Of a stretch of 64,000 nucleotides of DNA, positions 41,650 through 55,086 are shown piece after piece. The DNA is taken from the NCBI GenBank assembly GCA_951406725.2, contig OX597822.1:41478001-41542000 (forward strand), read 5' to 3'. The stretch is from Octopus vulgaris. Taxonomy: Eukaryota. Numbering within the stretch: the stretch's first letter is position 1; each line of letters starts with the position of its first letter. The notes under the pieces were generated by a model. That model had not been told where the DNA came from and did no database searches. It saw nothing but the letters and a program-made list of their open reading frames with translations. The translations under genes were made by a program, and so were the position numbers.

Positions 41650-42700
41650 GTATTTAATCATTTACATTCTCCCTCTGAAGAATGAGCTGATTTCTAACAA
41701 AGATACAAATCTCATTCGTTGGAATGTAAATAACGTAAACAATGTCACATTTTAAACCAGAGAGTGGTTTTGCATAATTTTACAGTTCCTCTTACAGATT
41801 GTATTTCTAATGTTGGTTGATTTGTTTTTCTGAAAATCCAAGCTTATCCAGACTAATAGTTAGGCATTTACTTACAAAACCAAGTGCTCCAATTATTATT
41901 GGTTTGAATGTAAATTTGTAATCCAGATATAAAAACTGGAGGTTTCAAAGTAGTTGGCACTAATGATCTTTCTCCTTGATTTTCAGAGATATTCACATCA
42001 GCCTCTGTGATGCTACATGCTTTCTCTCGTCTGTCCCAAACAACAATATTCGGCCTGTTATGTTTACACTTGACAGATGTTTTGATGGGAATGTTCCACA
42101 AGTATTCTTTGTGCTGGTATTTGTGTACATATTCAATAACAGGGGTTTCTCTATATTTATTCCATGAGTCTTTTTTCCGAACAGCATTATATATTGCTTT
42201 TAAGGCGGCGAGTTGGCAGAAACTTTAGCATCCCGGGCGAAATACTTAGCGGTATTTCGTCTGTCTTTACGTTCTGAGTTCAAATTCCGCGCAGGTCGAC
42301 TTTGCCTTTTATCCTTTCGGGGTCGATAAATTAAGTACCAGATGCATACTGCGGTCGGTCTAATCGACTGACCCCTTCCCCAAAAAAAAATTTGGGCCTT
42401 CTACCTAAAGTAGAAAAGATTATATATTGCTTTTGCGACGATGTTATTATGTTGCATAGGGAAGTCGTACCTTAATGACATTTTTGGGCAGCTGCAAATC
42501 AAATGCCTGATGTCATCCATAGAAATATGACATAATCTACATTTATGGTTGCAGCTTGAAACTCCAAGGGCTTCACTGTCTCTTTCATTGATTGGGTATT
42601 TAGTAGCAATCTCCTGTTCTTGGATTGCAAATGCATAGCCTACGAAGTGTGCTGTGATGTAGCGGTATATTAAACTGTGTTCTACTATGTTAGCAATGTA
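41650..42700 (-). mobile_element. R4-clade LINE 3' remnant
   Basis: Minus GYAFAIQEQEIATKY, CRLCHISMDDIRHLICSCPK (CCHC), KHNRPNIVVWD; ends in (ATCC)n. Confidence 0.85.
42202..42418 (+). mobile_element. SINE family C nested in the LINE
   Basis: Perfect 16-bp TSD ATTATATATTGCTTTT (42186-42201 and 42419-42434). Confidence 0.92.
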
Positions 42701-42769
42701 CTTAAATCACGTGTTAAGGTCATCTCTAGAGATTTTCTATAGAAATTATAGCCAACACTGATTTTACAG

Positions 42770-42956
42770 TTCTATATCTAAGAGATGAGGAATTATGTAC
42801 ATTATTTACATTATTTACATTTGACGGGTATTTGTCCTCATCTTGTTTCTTGTTAACACAACGTTTCAGCTGATATACCCTCCAGTCTTCATCAGGTATA
42901 TTGAGGAAACTTCGAACCTGGGTTCTCATTCCTAAGGTATTTTTCGATGTTGTTGC

Positions 42957-42999
<43 letters not shown>

Positions 43000-43032
43000 G
43001 TTCAGCTCACTGCCTGGAATTGAACTCGGAAG
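42770..43032 (-). mobile_element. SINE-like element: B-box fragment + (AAT)n + hammerhead-bearing body
   Basis: Minus CCGAGTTCAATTCCAGGCAG, then (AAT)n, then HHR at 42899-42856. Confidence 0.55.
42856..42899 (-). ncRNA. Minimal type I hammerhead motif, intact core
   Basis: AUAC-CUGAUGA-A-GACUG-GAGGGUAUAU-CAGCU-GAAAC-GUU-GUGU. Confidence 0.75.
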
Positions 43033-43137
43033 GTAAAGCATTCGAAGGTATTATGTATATATTCGAAGGTATTAGATATATTCAGTAGGACTCTCTCAAG
43101 ATAATTTCACTAGCTTTCCAAGGCAGTTATTATTTTC

Positions 43138-43192
<55 letters not shown>

Positions 43193-43217
43193 TGGATATA
43201 TATATATATATATTTGT

Positions 43218-43266
<49 letters not shown>

Positions 43267-43367
43267 GACACACAAGTACACATATATATATATATGTATA
43301 TGCATATGTATGTATATAAACATATATATACATATATATAAACATACATACATGCAAACAAATATAT

Positions 43368-43432
<65 letters not shown>

Positions 43433-43852
43433 AAATGAGTGTTTCTCTCCGCCATATTGCTATTGTACTGAATCAGAAAATGTCATCGTTAAACATCACC
43501 TTCCTTGTCCTCCTCCCCCTCCTCTTCCACTTCATCATTCCCCCTCTACTTCTTCGTTACGGCAGAGTGAATCCAGTTTTTTTTCCTTCCTGCTTCCCCT
43601 CTACCCTTTCTACAGCTCACTGTTGCATGTCAGTGCACCTGTTGTACCGTCAGATAATTGTGCTGTGCACCATTACAGCTGCCCACAATACTCCCTGTTC
43701 TTCCCCACCCTCGCTGTTACAACAGTTTTACGACAGCTCCTCGCCTCCTCCTAAACCTCAGCTACTTTCCTTTTCATTCATTCATTCATTGCTATCTTGA
43801 TTCATTGTCAGCGTTATTGCTGCAACTGTTTTCGCTGTAGTTACTGTGATTG

Positions 43853-43900
<48 letters not shown>

Positions 43901-44147
43901 GCTGTTCTGCTCACCCTCTCTTCCTCTCATTCTTCTTCTTCCTCTACAAAGCTTGCTCTTTTTGTCTTAGTCTGCTCTATTCAATGTCTCGATGTTGTCC
44001 TGTCTACACAAACACACACACACACACACTCAAACACGCACATTCAAACACACACACACACAAACACACACTCAAACTTACACCTTAATCGTCGTAATCA
44101 TCATCATCATCCTTATCATTGCAATTCCCAAAATCACCACCACCATC

Positions 44148-44192
<45 letters not shown>

Positions 44193-44596
44193 GTCATCAT
44201 CATCACCACCACCACTATTATCATCATCACCATGGTTCTACGACAATAACCGATAAGCAACACCCTTTTCCACCCTTTTGCTACTTTTAATTTCAAAGCT
44301 AGTATTGAGACTGGATGATTATTTTCTGGCTATCAACCGGATTAAATCCTTAAGCAAGAATTTAACTCCTATAGCAAAGAGCCGCAGCAGCACAAGGTGC
44401 CAAATCTCAACTTTTAACCGCTTCGTCAATGCGCCACCTTGGATTACTTCTTTATTTACCAGGCAAAAACGGATGAAAAATAAATTCGACCTAGTGAGAT
44501 TTGAACCCAGACACAAACGCCGTAATGCCTATGTGGCAGAAATATAGATATGTGGTTTTCAAACCGAGATATATCAGGCCTGTCCACGAAAATATT

Positions 44597-45190
44597 GATT
44601 TCAAAGTTTGGCACAAGGCCAGCAGTTTCAGGGGAGGACTGAAGTCGATTGCATCGACCCCAGTACTCAACTGGTGCTTATTTTATCGATCCCGAAAGGA
44701 TGAAAGGCAAAATCAACCTCGACGGAATTTGAACTCAGAACGTGAAGACGGACGAAATACCGTTAGCATTCCTCTAACAATTGTGCGAGCTCGCCGCCTT
44801 TATCCACGTAAATATTAAAGAATATTTTGTCCATCACACCCTCATTCTTAATGAAAGATAAACATAGTTTAAACCTATACAATGTCTATTTTCCTTTGCC
44901 GTGGTACTGGACAATTTTTTAAAAAGTTTAACAGAGTCTTAATTTTAAATTACGAATTAAAAGCACGCTTTAACAATGATTTCAAATTTTGGCACAAGGC
45001 TAGCAATTTCGCAGACGGGGGTAAGTCAATCACATCGACTCCAGTAATCAACTAGTACTTATTTTATCTATCTCGAAAGGATGAAGGGCAAAATCGACCT
45101 CAGTGGAATATGAACTCAGAACGCGAAGGCGGACGAAATGCTGCAAAACATTTCGCCCAGCGGGCTAACGATTCGGCCACCTCGCTATCT
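44597..45190 (-). mobile_element. Two SINE C copies (44597-44800 and 44977-45190)
   Basis: CGAAAGGATGAA.GGCAAAATC; first copy has TSD-like TCCACG.AAATATT. Confidence 0.8.
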
Positions 45191-45214
45191 TAGGCAGTTC
45201 TAATAATGTAAACA

Positions 45215-45420
45215 TTATCGGTCGCACATACATAACGTATGTGTTTTGTTTATATGCCATATTTGCAGCGGGATATGTCTTGGGAAAGCTCCCAACACAA
45301 CGCTGTGTGTTAAAGAACATTAAATGTTCCAGGCCAGGCGAGGGAACTCGCCTCGAAATGATCGAACATGATAGATATTGATATTTTGTCATTATTCTGA
45401 CTCATCAGTACCACGCACAT
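45215..45420. mobile_element. Fragment of the long-TIR element at 47801-48611
   Basis: Matches 47905-48085 (GTGTGTTAAAGAACATT...GAACTCGCCTCGA...CTCATCAGTA). Confidence 0.75.
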
Positions 45421-45448
45421 GCATATATATAAACACAAATCTTCTCGT

Positions 45449-45826
45449 GGCACGCCGTCTGTTACGACGACGAGGGTTCCAGTTGATCCGATCAACGGAA
45501 CAGCTTGCTTGTGAAATTAACGTGCAAGTGGCTGAGCACTCCACAGACACATGTATACTTAACGTAGATCTCGAGGAGATTCAGCGTGATACTATGTGTG
45601 TCAAGGCTGGCCCTTTGAAATACAGATAAAACAGAAACAGGAAGAAAAAGTAAGAGAAAGTTGCGGTGAAAGAGTACAGCAGGGTTCGCCACCACTCCCT
45701 GCCGGAGCCTCGTAGAGCTTTAGGTGTATTCGCTCAATAAACACTCACAACACCCGGTCTGGGAATCGAAACCGCGATCCTACGATCGCGAGTTCACTGT
45801 CCTAACCACTGGGCCATTGTGCCTCC
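45449..45826 (-). mobile_element. SINE family A, full length, tail type 2
   Basis: A head at the 45826 end; tail shared with 9671, 53105 and 62457. Confidence 0.88.
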
Positions 45827-45858
45827 ACACACACATACCCACACACACACACACACAC

Positions 45859-45905
<47 letters not shown>

Positions 45906-46030
45906 CATACATATATATACATGTACATATTTATATACATATATATATGTGCATATTTATATACACATATATATGTATGCATATTTATATACATATATGT
46001 ATATGTATGTATATACATATGGCTTTATGT

Positions 46031-46078
<48 letters not shown>

Positions 46079-46499
46079 GTGGATGGATGTATACATACAT
46101 ATATATATATGTATATATATCAGTAAATGGTGGGGGTTGTGTTGACCACACGAGGAGAAATGATAGGAGAGGAAAATTATAATAAGGCAGAATGCTAAAT
46201 TGAAAGTAGATTTTAATAAAAATGGGTGTATGGAAAATAAAAAAATAAAAAATAATAAATCAATCCGGTTTTCATCGCAAGGAAAATTTTCAAGATTTGG
46301 AAGGGGAAAAGAATTTTTTTTAAATTGAGGAAGGGGAAAAAAGAAATTTACAATGTTTTTTTCAAAATAATAATAGTACATATGTACAAAAATTAATAAA
46401 TAAGTATACCAATACATTGTAGAGTCTTTATTCTTTTAGAGTTCAATAATAGTCCTTGGAAAAACTTCTTTGGAGGATTCGGATCCACGTGCTTAAAAG

Positions 46500-47378
46500 T
46501 CTTTTAGCGTAACGTAAACAGCCGAAATGTTTAGTGTATCAAGAACTGCCTCAAAGATAATATCAGCCTTTGTAAAAGAGGAAAAGTCTCCTTGTCGAAA
46601 AAATACTCCAGAAGAAAACTAAAACTTTCAGATAGGGACCGTCGGACTCTTACGCGAATTGTTAGTAAGAATCACAAAATTACAGCTCCCAGAATTACTG
46701 CAGAGCTTAATGACCACCTCGAGAACCCAAATTTCACAAAAACTGTTCGCCGGGAGCTGCACAAAACCCGATTTCACGGAGGATTGCAATGAGAAAACCA
46801 CTACTTTCAAAAGCAAACGTTGCAAAGCGTTTAGTGTGAAGCAAATGCCTACAGAATTGGTCCCAAGAGCAGTGGAAGAATGTTAGTTTCTCGGACGACT
46901 CCTTCTTTACCTTATTTCCGATCACCGGCCAAGTATACGTGTGGAGACAACCAAAAGAAGCATTTAACCCAGACTGCCTTCTTCCAACTGTTAAAAATGG
47001 AGGAAGATCTTTGAAGATCTAGTGGGGCCTATATCTTGGGAATCCGCCGGCCTGACGGTTTCCCTTCGTGTCAGAATTAACAGCCAAGACTATTTAAGCA
47101 TTTTATCTGATCAAATTCATCCTATGGTTACGGAACTGTTTCCGGAGAGAAATGCACCAATTCACACAGCTAAAGTTGTTACTTAATGGCACGAGGAACA
47201 TTCTAGTGAAGTTGAACATCTTATCTGGCCAACACAATCCCCATATCTCAATATTATTGAACATTTATGGTGCATTTTAGAAAAACAAGGAGTCGATAAC
47301 CTCCACTATCATCACTACAAGAACTGGAGACTGTTTTAGCCGAAGAATGGACAAAAAGTCCTTTGGAAACAATTCATA
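46500..47378 (+). mobile_element. Tc1-family transposase pseudogene
   Basis: LSDRDRRTLTRIV...TVRREL, FSDDSSF, PTVKNGG, APIHTAK, WPTQSPYLNIIEHLW; frameshifts and stops. Confidence 0.9.
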
Positions 47379-47383
47379 TATAT

Positions 47384-47449
<66 letters not shown>

Positions 47450-47452
<3 letters not shown>

Positions 47453-47645
47453 GGGTTGGACAAAATAATGGAAACACCTTCAAATTTCAAATTTATTTTA
47501 ATATGGAGTAGGACTGCCTTTGGCAGTAATTACAGTTTGAATTCTACGAGGTATGGACTCGTGCAAAATATGAATTGTTTCCAAAGGAATTTTTATTCAT
47601 TCTTCATCTAAAACAGTCTCCAGTTCTTGTAGTGATGATGGTGGA

Positions 47646-47648
<3 letters not shown>
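47450..47648 (-). mobile_element. 3' terminal fragment (with TIR) of the same Tc1 family, inverted
   Basis: TA-CAGGGGTTGGACAAAATAATGGAAACAC; 47568-47648 is the reverse complement of 47300-47378. Confidence 0.8.
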
Positions 47649-47690
<42 letters not shown>

Positions 47691-47800
47691 CATGCCCACA
47701 CTCATGCGTGTGTGTGTGTTTATGCTTGTATGTATGTATGTATGTATGTATGTATGTATGTATGTATGTATGTATGTATGTATGTATGTATGTATGCATG

Positions 47801-48611
47801 CATATAGTACTGTGTGCTGGCTGTCTACTTCAATGTTTTGTGAGAGTCTTGTCTTGGAATTTGAGTGGATTGAAAAGGAATCAGTCACATTTTGTTTAAT
47901 AAATCTATGTGTTTTGTTCATACGCTATATTTGCTGCAGGATATGTCCTGGGAAAGACCCCTACACAACGCCGTGTGTTAAAGAACATTGAATATTCCAG
48001 ACCAGGCGAGAGAACTCGCCTCGAGAAGATCGACAACGATAGATATCGATATTTTGTTATTATTGTGGCTCATCAGTATTACGTACTCGAAACACCTCGA
48101 AACGAAATGAATCGCCGGTCTGAGACACATATGTAAATCGTGAGGAGCTTATATGCTGATGCGCTGAGGCGTAGCACATGTAAAAGAAAATTAAATTACG
48201 AATTCAAACCATGAATTAAGAGCACATTAGCAAATAGACTTCACTCTATTTGCCTATATGTCCCAGTCGGCGATTCATTTCGTTTCAAGATGCTTCGAGT
48301 ACATGTTACCGATGAGCCACAAAATAGCAAAATATCGATATCTGTCATTCTCGATCATCTCGAAGGGAGTTCTCTCGCTTGGTTTACGGTGTCCAGTTTT
48401 CTTTAACACCCTGCATTGTGTAGGGGTCTATCCCACAGCAAATAGCCTTATAATTAAGACATATACATTATGTATATGCGACCGATAATATCTTAATTTT
48501 ATTAAACATAATGCGACCGATTCCTTTTCAATCCTCTCTGATTCCAAGATAGGCTTAGGCGCTGACTCTCACAAAACATTGAAGTAGAGAGCCAACACAT
48601 AGTACTATATG
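47801..48611. mobile_element. Long-TIR foldback/MITE (about 330-bp diverged arms, about 120-bp spacer)
   Basis: CATATAGTACT.TGTG.TGGCT.TCTACTTCAATGTTTTGTGAGAGTC is mirrored at 48563-48611; pairing continues to about 48135/48255. Confidence 0.8.
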
Positions 48612-48687
48612 CATACAAACGTACATACATATATACACACATAAATACATACACGCATGTATGTGGGTATGCGTATATATATGTATG

Positions 48688-49324
<637 letters not shown>

Positions 49325-49350
49325 TATATAAATTTATATATATATATATA

Positions 49351-51331
49351 TATATTATATTAAATTAGAGATAAAACCACTATTAAGCAAATCAAACAGT
49401 GAAAAACATAAGCCAATACATAAAATTAATTTAAAATATAAAAGTTAAAAATAAAAAATTATTTAAATAATTTAAACTTATAAATTTTATATATATATAC
49501 AAATATATATACATGTATGTATGTATATTTTTATATTTATATATTATTTTATTAATTAATTAATTTATTTATTTATTTATTTATTTTTATTTATTTATTT
49601 ATTTATTTATTATTTTTTTTATATATCAAAAGTATTAAAAGTTTAATAAAAGATAAAGAGTAAAACACTACGATCGTTTCATGGCTGTACCAATTCGAAT
49701 AACAATAAATTAAATTCAATTAATAATTCGAATTATGGTTACAGTCAATCTTCAGGTTAATTGAAATATTTTTTAAATATTCAGAAATATTTAAACAATA
49801 TTTTTAAGATATAAATAATATAAATAATATAAATAATATAATAATTTTACTTATAATAAACTCTATTATCAAAGAAACTTAAAACTTAACAATTATGATT
49901 AGTTCATTACAAAACCTCGCTAAGATAAGTATTTATTTATATTTAAGATCTTTAAATTGTAAATTTTAATATTTTATAAGTCTTTGTTGTAATAATATTT
50001 TCCTTATGTAAATATTGTTGTTTATGTAATGATCTAATTATCGTAATTTTCTATATTATTATTAGATATTAATTTTAAGTTTATTCGTAAGATACTACTT
50101 AGCGATAGAGTTATGTTTGATAGCAAATATACGAGGTGTCTAAAGTTAGGCTTTTGTATATACATGTTTTAATAGTATTAATTGTAGTTTTAAATTTCTT
50201 ATAATTAAAATTAGATAAACTTTGATAAACTTAGATATGTTTCGACTAAAGATTGGTCCAGGCCATGTCTAACTTAATAGCATAACTTAGTTATTGTCTT
50301 TTAAAATTGATATTCGCTAGTTATTCCCATTGATAATTATATTTATAGTATTTATAGTATTTATTCGCTACTATATAACTACGAATTGATTATTTCTATA
50401 AGTATTTTACATAAGATTTCCGAAAGTTCGTTTAAGTTTGTTTGTTTGTAATTTTTGAAATTAGCTATTTCATCTTTAAATATGAAAAATTAATTTATTA
50501 GGTTTTTATTATATGTGCATATATATTTATTTATAGAGATTATTTTAGATCTTAATTATAATATTTATATACATTTATATATTTTCATTGATAATTTATA
50601 TATAATAGTTATTTTATTAAATATTTATGTAATTAGATATAGACTATTACCGATATTGAATTATTGGTGGGTTTCCTACCTTATAAATTAAAATTAATAT
50701 TTAACATTATAATTGATTTTGATATAATCATAATTGTTAAGTTTTAAGTTTCTTTGATAATAGAGTTTATTATAAGTAAATTTATTATATTATTTATATC
50801 TTAAAAATATTGTTTAACTTTTTCTGATAACTTTTAAAATATTTCAATTAACCTGAAGATTGACTGTAACCATAACTCGAATTATTAATTGAATTTAAAT
50901 TATTGTTATTCGAATTGGTACAGCCATGAAACGATCGTAGTGTTTTACTCTTTATCTTTTATTAAACTTTTAATACTTTTTATATAAATAAATAAATAAA
51001 TAAATAAATAAAAATAAATAAATAACTAAATTAATTAATTAATTAATTAAATAATATATAAATATAAAAATATACATACATACATGTATATATATTTGTA
51101 TATATATATAAAATTTATAAGTTTAAATTATTTAAATAATTTTTTATTTTTAACTTTTATATTTTAAATTAATTTTATGTATTGGCTTATGTTTTTCACT
51201 GTTTGATTTGCCTAATAGTGGTTTTATCTCTAATTTAATATAATATAATATAATATATTTATACTATACAATTAGATTTAATCCTAAATCTCATTTTTCC
51301 CTGTAAGTTTGGATTTATTCCCTAATATTAT
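49351..51331 (+). mobile_element. Foldback element F2 (same family as F1): about 530-550-bp arms, about 820-bp AT-rich spacer, 3' tail
   Basis: Arms 49351-49901 and 50725-51247; termini and tail homologous to F1. Confidence 0.85.
50850..50942 (+). ncRNA. Type I hammerhead motif with extended stem II; antisense copy at 49666-49758
   Basis: CUGAAGA-UUGACUGUA...UACAGCCAU-GAAAC-GAUC-GUA; stem I is weak. Confidence 0.7.
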
Positions 51332-51345
51332 TATATATATATATA

Positions 51346-51684
51346 GGCGCATGGCTCAGTGGTTAGAGCGTCGAGCTTACGATCGTGAGGTTTTGAGCTC
51401 GAATCCCGGACGGGGCTGCGTGTTGTGTTCTTGAGCAAGGCACTTTATTTCACGTTGCTCCAGTTCACTCAGCTGTAGAAACGAGTTGCGACGTCACAGG
51501 TGCCAAGCTGTATCGGCCCTTGCCTTTCCCTTGGACAACATCGGTGACGTGGAGAGGGGAGGCCGGTATGCATGGGCGACTGCTGGTCTTCCATAAAAAC
51601 AACCTTGCCCAGACTTGTGCCTCAGAGGGTATCTCTCTAGGTGCAAACCCATGGTCAGTGCCTGACCGAAGGGGGTCTTTACCC

Positions 51685-51688
<4 letters not shown>
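51346..51688 (+). mobile_element. tRNA-derived SINE family D (CORE-like body)
   Basis: GGCGCATGGCTCAGTGG (A box), CTCGAATCCC (B box), CTTGAGCAAGGCACTT. Confidence 0.85.
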
Positions 51689-51728
<40 letters not shown>

Positions 51729-51805
51729 CATACATAAATCCATATGTATATACATACATATACATATATGTATATAAATATGTATATATATCTATGTATA
51801 TATAT

Positions 51806-51960
51806 AGTTGAAATTTACAGAAAAACAAAAGACAAAGACAGGTGAATAAACTACAAGCAGGTATATTAGTTTAACGCTCGGCAAAGTGAGAAAGTTTTTT
51901 ACGTTTCGAGCCTACGCTCTTCAACAGAAAGGATCACGAGGAAATAAACAGAGAGAATTT
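51806..51960 (-). mobile_element. Solo pLTR of the Neptune-type PLE, with CUGUUGA hammerhead (51895-51932)
   Basis: ACGTTTCGAGCCTACGCTCTTCAACAGAA is identical to 7323-7351. Confidence 0.8.
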
Positions 51961-52009
51961 TTTAAAAACTTATGGATTTAGCAGTCAAGCATGGTGACTG
52001 GTTAGAAAA

Positions 52010-52067
<58 letters not shown>

Positions 52068-52490
52068 CATACATACATACATACATACATACATACATAC
52101 ATACATACATACATACATACATACATACAAACATATATGTATGCAGACACATATACTTTACATGAAATATTGTGTGATGATATATATATAAATATTTTTT
52201 ATTTTGTTTCATGAAGCCAAAACAATACAAGTTATAATCAAAAGTCAATGATTTATACAATAGAGAAATCAGCTCATAACACTTCTCCCGAGATTTCCTA
52301 AAAGAATAAAAAATAGGTGTCCAAACATCAGAATATTGAAAAAACAAAAGTACAACCCATCGACTTGTGTTACTTCTTATAACATATGTGTGTGTGTATA
52401 CATATACATACATGCATACATATATGTATGTATATATATACATATATATATATATATATAAATCTATATATGTATATATATACATATTAT

Positions 52491-52767
52491 ATCTGTAAAT
52501 GTATTGTGACAATTATTCGGTGGCCATGATAGAACTCAATATTTTTTAGTAGAACACATACTTATTAAGTTTTATAAATTATCAATAGTATTTTTCCGAT
52601 ACCCGGATAACTGAAGAGAGGGCGGCGTGGATTTCCACCTCGGCTCCGAAACTCGTAGTTTTCTCATGGCTACCGAATAATTGTCAGATATTACATTTAC
52701 AGATAAATTCCTCTATTTACATAATATCGAGGTCTCTTTCATTCTTTTGTTGTCTTACCATTTTTAT

Positions 52768-52770
<3 letters not shown>
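52491..52770 (+). mobile_element. Foldback element F4: about 46-bp inverted arms, degenerate hammerhead (52605-52665), 3' tail
   Basis: ATCTGTAAATGTA..GACAATTATTCGGT.GCCATG is mirrored at 52657-52704; CUGAAGA...GUGG-AUUU-CCAC...GAAAC-UC-GUA. Confidence 0.7.
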
Positions 52771-52851
<81 letters not shown>

Positions 52852-53073
52852 AGAAGAATGGTTATAATTATGTACAAGTCAGAATTATAACTAAGAGGCT
52901 TTCAAAACCTTAGAAATGTAAGTTATAAGAAATAACACAAGTTACTTTTTCATAAATAATTATTAATTGTTTATAATATATCCTCCGTAAGGTATTAATA
53001 AATATTACTATTTACTTTTATATATATATGTATGTATATATATATATATATATATATAGATATATAGATAGAT

Positions 53074-53104
<31 letters not shown>

Positions 53105-53106
<2 letters not shown>

Positions 53107-53393
53107 AGCACTCTGTCGTTTACAACGACGAGGGTCCATGTTGATATGATCAACGGAACAGCTTGTTCGTGAAATTAACGTGTACCCTTTATGTATTTCT
53201 CAGAGACATTCGGTGTGACACAGAATGTGACAAGGCTGGCCCTCTGAAATACAGGTACTACTCATTTTTGGCAGATGAGTGGACTGGAGCAACGTGAAAT
53301 AGTGTCTTGCTCAAGGACACAACGCGTCGCCGGCAATTGAACTCACGACATTACGATCGTGAGCCGAATGCCCTAACCACTAAACCACACGCC

Positions 53394-53396
<3 letters not shown>
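53105..53396 (-). mobile_element. SINE family D head with tail type 2
   Basis: Colinear with 62457-62778. Confidence 0.8.
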
Positions 53397-53448
<52 letters not shown>

Positions 53449-53529
53449 CACACATACACACACACACATACATACACACACAGACACATATATGGTGATT
53501 GTCTACTCCTTATGTAGAGTTTGACCACC

Positions 53530-54500
53530 TCCTGTACCTACACCTTAGTACCATCATGGCATCTGATGTGGCTTCTTAAACCAGACAATGTTCTGAACAG
53601 ACACCCACACAAATTGCACATCCGATTTGGACCACCAAGACTTGCAGATAAGTTCTGATCTTCGCGGATCTTAAAACATCTTTTGAGGCCTCCGTTGGAT
53701 TTGCAAACCTTCTGGGATACACTGCATTCAAAGGTGTGCACAGACAAATAGGCAGAATAGTTGATGGAAGTTCGTTTTCCATGGGTTCGCGATGGGATTT
53801 GAGCCCAGCAAAAGACAGGCGTGATCTGTCACAGACTGTACACGCAAAAAGGTCATTGTCATTCACCTTCTCGATCGTTACATTCTCCTTAGATCTCTTT
53901 TGAGTCTTACATGCGTAATCCTGGTCTTCAAATGCGTTCACTCCACTCCACACTTTTGTTCGCCATCTAACTCGATCCGAAGCAAGGGTCTCTATCTCTT
54001 CTAGATCCATTCCAAGTAACTTCATATAAGTCCTTATGCCGTCCTTAAACCTTTTTGGTGGGGGTTACGCTGATAGTGTTTTCCCTCTGCAAGCTCACCA
54101 TAAAACAGCTGTTTCGGCATGCGTTCATCTGCCATTCGAACAATATGGCCACACCATCTCATATGGTTCCTCAAAATCATAGCTTTAATTGAGGTGATGC
54201 TTGCAGGTGCAAAAACATCTGTGTTTGGGGTAAAAGAACTCCTTTTAATTTTAAATGCGATTAAGGCATTTTTAGTGGAGTTGTTCTAACAATTTAAAAT
54301 GCCTTTCATAACAAGTACAAGTCTCACAGGGATGGTAAGACAAATGATTTGTAAAGAGCCAGCTTTGTATTATCATTTATATGTCGCTGGCACCAAACCC
54401 GTGACTCCAAGCCACCAAATGCTTTTTCTGCTCTTTCAATTCGCAGCTGTATTTCTGTATGAAGATTGCCATAATTTTCAACAGAGCTTCCAAAGTAGAT
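53530..54500 (-). mobile_element. RTE-clade LINE 3' remnant with C-terminal C2H2 zinc fingers
   Basis: RIERAEKAFGGL, TKLALYK, RWCGHIVRMADERMPKQLFYGEL, DRVRWR, CTVC...LKSH, CNLC...LRSHIRCH. Confidence 0.88.
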
Positions 54501-54552
54501 GAACAAAACAAACGAATCGACAACCTAAAGTAACCTAAGATATATGTATCTA

Positions 54553-54616
<64 letters not shown>

Positions 54617-54620
<4 letters not shown>

Positions 54621-55072
54621 TGGAACAAAAATGCAATAGAGGTCATTAAAACGTTCGGACAGATAGACGATACAAAGGCGGACAAAAGAAACAACAATCA
54701 GGACAGGCAAAAAAAGACGGATCATTCTTGGCTTTCTTTCATCGGTCGAGTCTCAGACGTCACGACCATTTCGGGCAGTTACACTTCAGAAAGTTCGATC
54801 TGGTTGCTCACCAGAAAGTCTTATCTAAGAGCAATAGATCTCTTTGTAAAAAAACTAGCGAATGTGTACGGCAACAAAGACGAAAAAACAAATAAACAAA
54901 AAAAAAACGGAGGATGTGGTACACAATTGCGAATACAAACAACAAGAAATAACAACAGGCATCTTTCAACTGAGAACGAATCAAATTGAGCTGGCGTGTA
55001 TGAAGTGAAGGCCTAAAATCAGGAAAATGGGAGATAGACACAAGAGGTGTTGACGGTCGGAAGTGTATATAT
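54617..55072. repeat. Unclassified probable interspersed repeat adjacent to (TA)n
   Basis: Sharp boundary at (TA)n and strand-biased composition like the pLTRs; single copy here. Confidence 0.35.
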
Positions 55073-55086
55073 TTGCGTGTGTGTTT

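Noticed and set aside
48066-48320. CTGATGA and GAAAC in the long-TIR element
   Set aside because: The motifs lie on opposite strands and cannot close stem II.
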